Shown piece after piece: positions 58,685 to 64,000 of a stretch of 64,000 nucleotides of DNA. Position numbers and translations under genes: made by a program. Source of the stretch: Candidatus Bathyarchaeia archaeon (GTDB lineage: Archaea > Thermoproteota > Bathyarchaeia > Bathyarchaeales > Bathycorpusculaceae); the NCBI GenBank assembly GCA_049516875.1, contig JBEKSS010000002.1, forward strand, positions 96,001 through 160,000. Direction: 5' to 3'. The notes under the pieces were generated by a model. It searched no databases. It was not told the DNA's origin and saw only the letters and a program-made list of their open reading frames with translations. Every line of letters begins with the position of its first letter. The first letter of the stretch is position 1.

Positions 58685-59745
58685 AGCTGAGAGATCGCGA
58701 TGCAATCGTCACTGAGGAAGGCCTAGTTTTTAGGGTGTTCGGCTATTCACACCCGTTCGACGCCTGTTTTTGCGACGCTGAATATGCACCCGCAGTAGTC
58801 TTTAGATCTGGTAATCCTAAGGCGTTCAGAAACCAAGGGCTGAATGTTTTCTACAAGTTTTATGAGGATGAAGGCTGGAAACTTGTTGAAAACAGTTTTC
58901 CGCAGTACATGATTCTGCACGAAATGCTTCAGAAGAAAGTCATCGGCGTCAATCATCGTGCCATCAGCGAAGTTCGAAAGCCTGAAAGAGAGCTTAAGAA
59001 ACTGATTCAAACCGAACCTAGGGATAGTCTTCTTGCAGCGATGCGGAACGTCTTGGACATTGCAGTGAATCAGTGCGGTCTGTCGGTTGAGAACTTTGGC
59101 GTGTTCGGGTCGCTGCTTCATGGTTTCTATCACCCTGAGTTTTCGGACATTGATCTCATCGTATATGGTAAGGGAAACGTTGCGCGGCTGCGCAAAACAC
59201 TGCAGGAATTGTACGAAGCCAAGTCTTCTCTCCTTCGGAACGAGTTTGAAACTGACGAGTCCATAAAGGGTAAGGTGTGGAGATTTCGTAACTTCACTCC
59301 AGAGGAATTCTTGTGGCATCAGCGAAGGAAACTCGTCTATTCGCTGTTCGACAGCAAGGAAAGTGGAAGGACGATAAAAACAGAGTTTGAACCGGTAAAA
59401 GGTTGGAAAGAGATATGCAACGAGTACAGCCCTCAGACTAGGATTTTGCAGCGAAGCTGGGTTAGGATGTTAGCGCGGGTGAGCGATGACAATGACGCAC
59501 CGTTTATTCCGTCGGTTTATCACATCGAACCTTTGAAAATTCTTGAGGGCGGAAGGCAGGCTCAACAGGTCAAGCGAATCATTTCTTACATGGAAGAATT
59601 CCGAATGCAAGCTTTCAGAGACGAGACCATCTACGTCGAAGGAAACCTTGAAGAGGTCATCGGTAACAAGGACGACTTCTTCCAAATAGCGTTGACCTAT
59701 TGCCCAAGATATTATGAGCAGGTTCTCAAAATAGCAGGGATCTGA
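58672..59745 (+). CDS. COG1665-like nucleotidyltransferase 2
   Basis: [23 protein letters not shown]; [14 protein letters not shown]; OB-like C-terminus. Confidence 0.85.
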   Translation: MAALKLRDRDAIVTEEGLVFRVFGYSHPFDACFCDAEYAPAVVFRSGNPKAFRNQGLNVFYKFYEDEGWKLVENSFPQYMILHEMLQKKVIGVNHRAISEVRKPERELKKLIQTEPRDSLLAAMRNVLDIAVNQCGLSVENFGVFGSLLHGFYHPEFSDIDLIVYGKGNVARLRKTLQELYEAKSSLLRNEFETDESIKGKVWRFRNFTPEEFLWHQRRKLVYSLFDSKESGRTIKTEFEPVKGWKEICNEYSPQTRILQRSWVRMLARVSDDNDAPFIPSVYHIEPLKILEGGRQAQQVKRIISYMEEFRMQAFRDETIYVEGNLEEVIGNKDDFFQIALTYCPRYYEQVLKIAGI

Positions 59746-59884
59746 AGCGTTTCTCTATGTGTGTGCTCGGATGCCCTACCCCCGGTCTACTATATGATCC
59801 AAATATGCTTTTGAGAAAGTCAAAGCTATTGTTGAGTCTTCTTTGCAAGCGTGCGCCTCTGAATTACAGTCGAAGAAAGATTCA

Positions 59885-60916
59885 TTACTTCAAAATGAAT
59901 TGGTGCTTCAAGACCATGTAGTCTGAGTGATTTCCTCCGATTAGTAGTCTAAAGTGCTCCTCGTTTTGCCTTCGGTCTGTCACACGTTCGACTTTTCCCC
60001 GTGCCACGACAGTCTCGCCTTTTCTGGCTTGTTCACAGAATCTTCCTCTAAAAGAGGTGATTTCCTCGATGCGTTCAATTCTCAAGCCTTCGTGTGACTT
60101 TGCGTTTTCGATCTTGTAGGTGCATGGGGTAAACGTTGATTCCGAATCGTCGATGACTGTGGCTTCAATTTTCGCGTTGCCGATGTTCTCGTATTGTACA
60201 TCACCGTAATTCTCGTCAATTTCATTCCAGTTTTTCACGAAGCGGACAAAATAATCGGTTCCGATGAATTTGCCTTGCATCACTTTCCTCGATTCAGTTC
60301 GTAGGAAGTCTTCGAAGCCTGCTGCAGTATCCTTCGAACGGAAATCGAACAACACTCTCAGATCCTGCTGTGTGTAAGGCTTGACGGATCCGTGCTTGTT
60401 GTTGAACATGCTTCTCAGCACAGAATAGACTCTCGTGCAGTTTTTCGAACCATAAACTACAGGATCAATATCTGACTCTAGCTTGTGAAGCTCAACCATG
60501 ATGGAGCCCGAAATCCCCAGCGTACTCCAGGGGATGCCCGCAGTTTCCTTCAAGAGCTCCGCAAGCTGCAGCGCCTTACTCTGAAGCGGATCCAAATCGT
60601 TAGAACTGCGCATTTCCTGAAGCTTCTCATCAGGTTTGTAGTGCTTTTTTACCTTATCAACCGGAACTTCGCACAACGTCTCGTCAAAAACAGGGTCATA
60701 AACAAGGTAAGTCGGAAACTTATCTTTCAACAGCGCATATCTTTTTGAAAGAGAATACACCTTGTCAAAAGACTTTCCTTCTCTTGTTCTCATGCCTTTC
60801 TCGTCTGGGAAATAGCGAATAAAAGCCACGACGCGACTGGCAGGGTGAACTAGGCCTTTGACGTCGAAAATCAGGTTCTCATCAGTTTCTATCAGATCGC
60901 CTTCTCGAGCCTTCAT
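59885..60916 (-). CDS. COG1665-like nucleotidyltransferase 3
   Basis: AREGDLIETDENLIFDVKGLVHP; GISGS..SDIDPVVYG; SFRGRFCEQA..VARGKVE. Confidence 0.85.
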   Translation of the reverse strand: MKAREGDLIETDENLIFDVKGLVHPASRVVAFIRYFPDEKGMRTREGKSFDKVYSLSKRYALLKDKFPTYLVYDPVFDETLCEVPVDKVKKHYKPDEKLQEMRSSNDLDPLQSKALQLAELLKETAGIPWSTLGISGSIMVELHKLESDIDPVVYGSKNCTRVYSVLRSMFNNKHGSVKPYTQQDLRVLFDFRSKDTAAGFEDFLRTESRKVMQGKFIGTDYFVRFVKNWNEIDENYGDVQYENIGNAKIEATVIDDSESTFTPCTYKIENAKSHEGLRIERIEEITSFRGRFCEQARKGETVVARGKVERVTDRRQNEEHFRLLIGGNHSDYMVLKHQFILK

Positions 60917-61181
60917 TCACTTATTCCGCCATAATCCAACAGTGTTATCGACTTCATTATAAACAGAACGCCATTGATGTTTGCAACTTTTACATAGCGC
61001 TATCCATGGTCATCAACTTCAAGATTATTCCTCTCGCGATCTGGCGGCAAGTTTAATTTGTTGGAACGTGTAGCATTAGAATCTCCAATTGAAGGCGTTA
61101 ACCAGTTGCATTGAATAATTAGGATTGACTTTAAAGGAGCTTCCAAGCTTTAGTGTAGAATGGTTAAGCTGTGGTCGAGGG

Positions 61182-61589
61182 ATGGATGTAAGTTCGAAGC
61201 TGAAGGTTACTTTGCTGACGGGGCGAACGATAGAGCAGGGTGTGAGCAAAGAGCGTGGGAAAGCTTCGGAAGATTATTTTGAGAGTGTTGCGGTTTGTTA
61301 TATTGACCCTGAGGATCTGAAGAGACTTGGGATGAGAGAAGGAACCAATGTTCGTGTTTCAACAGATTATGGCTCTGTGATTCTTAAAGCCTTGAAGTCG
61401 CCAAGAGGGCCACATCCAGGCGTCGCTTTCATTCCTTACGGTCTATGGGCAAACGCGGTGGTCAGTCCGGAGACGGACAGCATAGGAATGCCTTCTCTAA
61501 AGGGGATCCCGGCGGAAATCACACCCGCAACTGATAAGGTTGTTCTCAGCTTAAGTGAGCTTCTTAGGGAGCAGTTTGGGAAGGAGTAA
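61182..61589 (+). CDS. fwdD: Formylmethanofuran dehydrogenase subunit D
   Basis: LLTGRTIEQG..FIPYGLWAN..GMPSLKG. Confidence 0.92.
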   Translation: MDVSSKLKVTLLTGRTIEQGVSKERGKASEDYFESVAVCYIDPEDLKRLGMREGTNVRVSTDYGSVILKALKSPRGPHPGVAFIPYGLWANAVVSPETDSIGMPSLKGIPAEITPATDKVVLSLSELLREQFGKE

Positions 61590-61590
61590 C

Positions 61591-63054
61591 ATGCCGATTG
61601 CAAAGGCTGTAACTTGTCCGGTCTGTGGAAGTCTCTGCGACGACATAGAGCTGAGAATCAAGAACAGAAGGATTGTCCAGGTCAAAAACGGCTGTTCAAT
61701 GTGCGAATCGAAATTCTTGGGTTACAGTGGACACAGGCTTTTGAAGCCACTTATCCGAAAGAACGGAATACTCGTTGAAGCGCCTTTCAAGGAAGCCCTT
61801 GCCAATGCCGCTGAAGTTCTCGCTGAAGCAAACTATCCAGTCCTTTACGGTTGGAGTTCCACAAGCTGCGAAGCCACACGCGTGGGTATCGAACTGGCCG
61901 AAGAGGTTGGAGGGGTAATTGACAACACTTCAACCGTGTGCCATGGCCCTTCAGTCTTAGGCATTCAAGACGTTGGCATTTCATCGTGCACGTTGGGGCA
62001 GATAAGGCACAGGGCGGATCTCGTCATCTATTGGGGAAGCAACCCGTGGAGTGCTCATCCACGACACATAGAAAGGTACACAACATTGTCAGAAGGTAAG
62101 TTTGAGAGAAGCGAATGGAAATCTTACGTCACAAAAACCAAGGCCGCGACAGCGAGGAAAAAGGTTGATAGTGCTCTGCGACAAGTGTCGCCAAAGAAGA
62201 AGCCTTACATCCCATTGACCGCCGTTGAACGCGGACCCTGTCCTGCAATTCTGAAAGCTGGCAGAAAACTGATAGTAATAGATGTTAGAAAAACTAGAAC
62301 GGCAGAAATCGCGGACTATTTTATTCAGGTTGAACCCAACAAGGACTATGAACTTCTCCAAGCCTTCAGAGCTCTGGTTCGAGATCAAGAAATAGAAACT
62401 GACAAAGTTGCTGGAGTGCCAGTAGAGTATTTGGAAGATGTCGCTGAGGCGATGATCAACTGCAATTTTGGAGTAATCTTCTTCGGGCTTGGGCTAACAA
62501 TGAGCAAGGGTAAGTCGCGGAATGTCGACGCAGCTCTCTCCTTGACTCGCGACTTGAACGCTCGCACCAAATTCGTCATAATGCCTATGCGGGGCCACTT
62601 CAACGTTTCAGGGGCAGACACGGTTTTCCTGTGGCAGACAGGTTATCCCTACGCCGTCGACTTTTCTTCAGGCTATCCAAGATACAACCCTGGAGAAACC
62701 TCTGTCATCGATGTTCTCCTACGTAAAGAATCAGACGCAGCTCTGGTAATCGCTTCAGACCCAGTTTCGAACTTCCCAAGAAAGGCTGCCGAACATTTAG
62801 TTAACAACCCACTGATAGCCATAGATCCCCACATGAACGCAACAAGCCAGATGGCTGACATCGTTTTTCCCTCGGCCTTCGTGGGAATAGAAGCAAGCGG
62901 AACAGCCTACCGCATGGATCACGTGCCCCTTCCACTCAAAAAAGTCGTTGAACCTCCCAAAAGAGTACTTTCGGACGAAGAAATCCTGAGAAGAATGCTC
63001 CTAGAGGTCAGGAAAGTAAAGAAGAGAAGAAAACTGAACCAAGGTGGAAAGTGA
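61591..63054 (+). CDS. fwdB: Formylmethanofuran dehydrogenase subunit B
   Basis: CPVCGSLCDD, STVCHGPS, AHPRH, PMRGHFNV, TGYPYAVDF, YRMD. Confidence 0.95.
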   Translation: MPIAKAVTCPVCGSLCDDIELRIKNRRIVQVKNGCSMCESKFLGYSGHRLLKPLIRKNGILVEAPFKEALANAAEVLAEANYPVLYGWSSTSCEATRVGIELAEEVGGVIDNTSTVCHGPSVLGIQDVGISSCTLGQIRHRADLVIYWGSNPWSAHPRHIERYTTLSEGKFERSEWKSYVTKTKAATARKKVDSALRQVSPKKKPYIPLTAVERGPCPAILKAGRKLIVIDVRKTRTAEIADYFIQVEPNKDYELLQAFRALVRDQEIETDKVAGVPVEYLEDVAEAMINCNFGVIFFGLGLTMSKGKSRNVDAALSLTRDLNARTKFVIMPMRGHFNVSGADTVFLWQTGYPYAVDFSSGYPRYNPGETSVIDVLLRKESDAALVIASDPVSNFPRKAAEHLVNNPLIAIDPHMNATSQMADIVFPSAFVGIEASGTAYRMDHVPLPLKKVVEPPKRVLSDEEILRRMLLEVRKVKKRRKLNQGGK

Positions 63055-64000
63055 ATGGAGCTTCTGGTGAAAAACGGCTTCGTCTACGACCCTCTTAACG
63101 GTGTTAATGGCGAAAAGATGGACATCGCTGTCAAAGATGGCAGAATCGTTGAGAGCGTCAATGAGCGAAAGGCAAAGAAGATTAATGCTTCTGGAATGAC
63201 TGTGATGCCTGGCGGTGTGGACATCCACACCCACATTGCCGGCTCAGAAGTCAACACTGGGAGGCTTTTGAGGCCTGAAGATCACTTCAAGGATTTTGAA
63301 TGCAAAACATCAGTGACGAGGGCTGGCGTCGGCCGTTCGATTCCTTCGACTTTCACCACCGGCTACCGCTACTCCAGAATGGGGTACACTACGACAATGA
63401 ATCCTTCGATGCCTCCTTTGGAAGCGAAGCACACGCATGAAGAGTTGAACGACACTCCAATGCTTGACAAGGCCTCTTACCCGCTTCTTGGCGACTGGTG
63501 GTTCGTGCTCGAATACCTGGCTCAAGGAAAAATCAAGGAATGCGCAAGACACATCGCATGGATTATGAGTTCAACGAAAGGATACGCCATAAAAATCGTC
63601 AACCCCGGCGGATTGGAAGCTTGGGGCTTCGGCCACAACGTCAAGGGTCTGGACGATCAGGTTCCCTATTTCTGTACGACACCACGAGAAATCATCCGTG
63701 GGCTGTGCAAGGCGAACAAGCTTCTGAACCTGCCTCACACGATTCATGTCCATGCAAACAACCTCGGAAAGCCGGGAAACTACACAACCGCCCTAGAAAC
63801 TTTGAAGTGCGTCGAGAACCTGGCAACTGAAGACAAGCCAGTTATTCACTTAACACACTGCCAATTCAGTGCATTCAAGGGCGACGACTGGAGAACATTG
63901 GAGTCAGGAGCAGAAGAGATTGCAAACTACATGAACGGTCACTCTCACGCGACCATGGACATGGGTCAAGTAATATTCACGGACACGACAACGATGACTG
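63055..64000 (+). CDS. fwdA: Formylmethanofuran dehydrogenase subunit A (runs off window end)
   Basis: KNGFVYDPLNG..MPGGVDIHTHIAG..RPEDH..GYRYSRMGYT..KIVNPGG..HANNLG. Confidence 0.95.
   Translation, partial: MELLVKNGFVYDPLNGVNGEKMDIAVKDGRIVESVNERKAKKINASGMTVMPGGVDIHTHIAGSEVNTGRLLRPEDHFKDFECKTSVTRAGVGRSIPSTFTTGYRYSRMGYTTTMNPSMPPLEAKHTHEELNDTPMLDKASYPLLGDWWFVLEYLAQGKIKECARHIAWIMSSTKGYAIKIVNPGGLEAWGFGHNVKGLDDQVPYFCTTPREIIRGLCKANKLLNLPHTIHVHANNLGKPGNYTTALETLKCVENLATEDKPVIHLTHCQFSAFKGDDWRTLESGAEEIANYMNGHSHATMDMGQVIFTDTTTMT

Noticed and set aside
61930-61950. Selenocysteine in FwdB
   Set aside because: The metal-ligand codon in TVCHGP is TGC (Cys); no in-frame TGA is seen in the fwd, hdrA or mvhD regions.

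Overview
Archaeal chromosomal segment, most likely Ca. Bathyarchaeia (inferred from gene content: fwdDBA, hdrA/hdrA-mvhD, cdvA/B/C, rpl14e, nucS, nre, dockerin-bearing surface protein, intron-containing tRNAs). About 1-23 kb is a surface-glycosylation island (GT2, GT4, epimerases, B12 radical SAM, CDP-sugar cassette, flippase) mixed with decayed gene fragments; about 23-64 kb is mostly core housekeeping. Best signals: (1) a 23-nt bulge-helix-bulge mRNA intron splitting the catalytic Asp codon of cbf5; (2) tandem (GATC)n and (GC)n palindromes concentrated in the island, several lying at pseudogene frameshift/truncation junctions, possibly scars of an undescribed end-joining or palindrome-generating process; (3) a 51-bp bipartite palindromic repeat in inverted copies around a 3.6-kb block where strand composition flips from AC-rich to GT-rich; (4) three clustered COG1665-like nucleotidyltransferases between mobB and fwdDBA; (5) a C/D-box sRNA with a guide complementary to the 23S peptidyl-transferase loop, and a tRNA-Asp with a ~30-nt insertion at a non-canonical position. 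All calls come from reading the sequence; no database searches were run.
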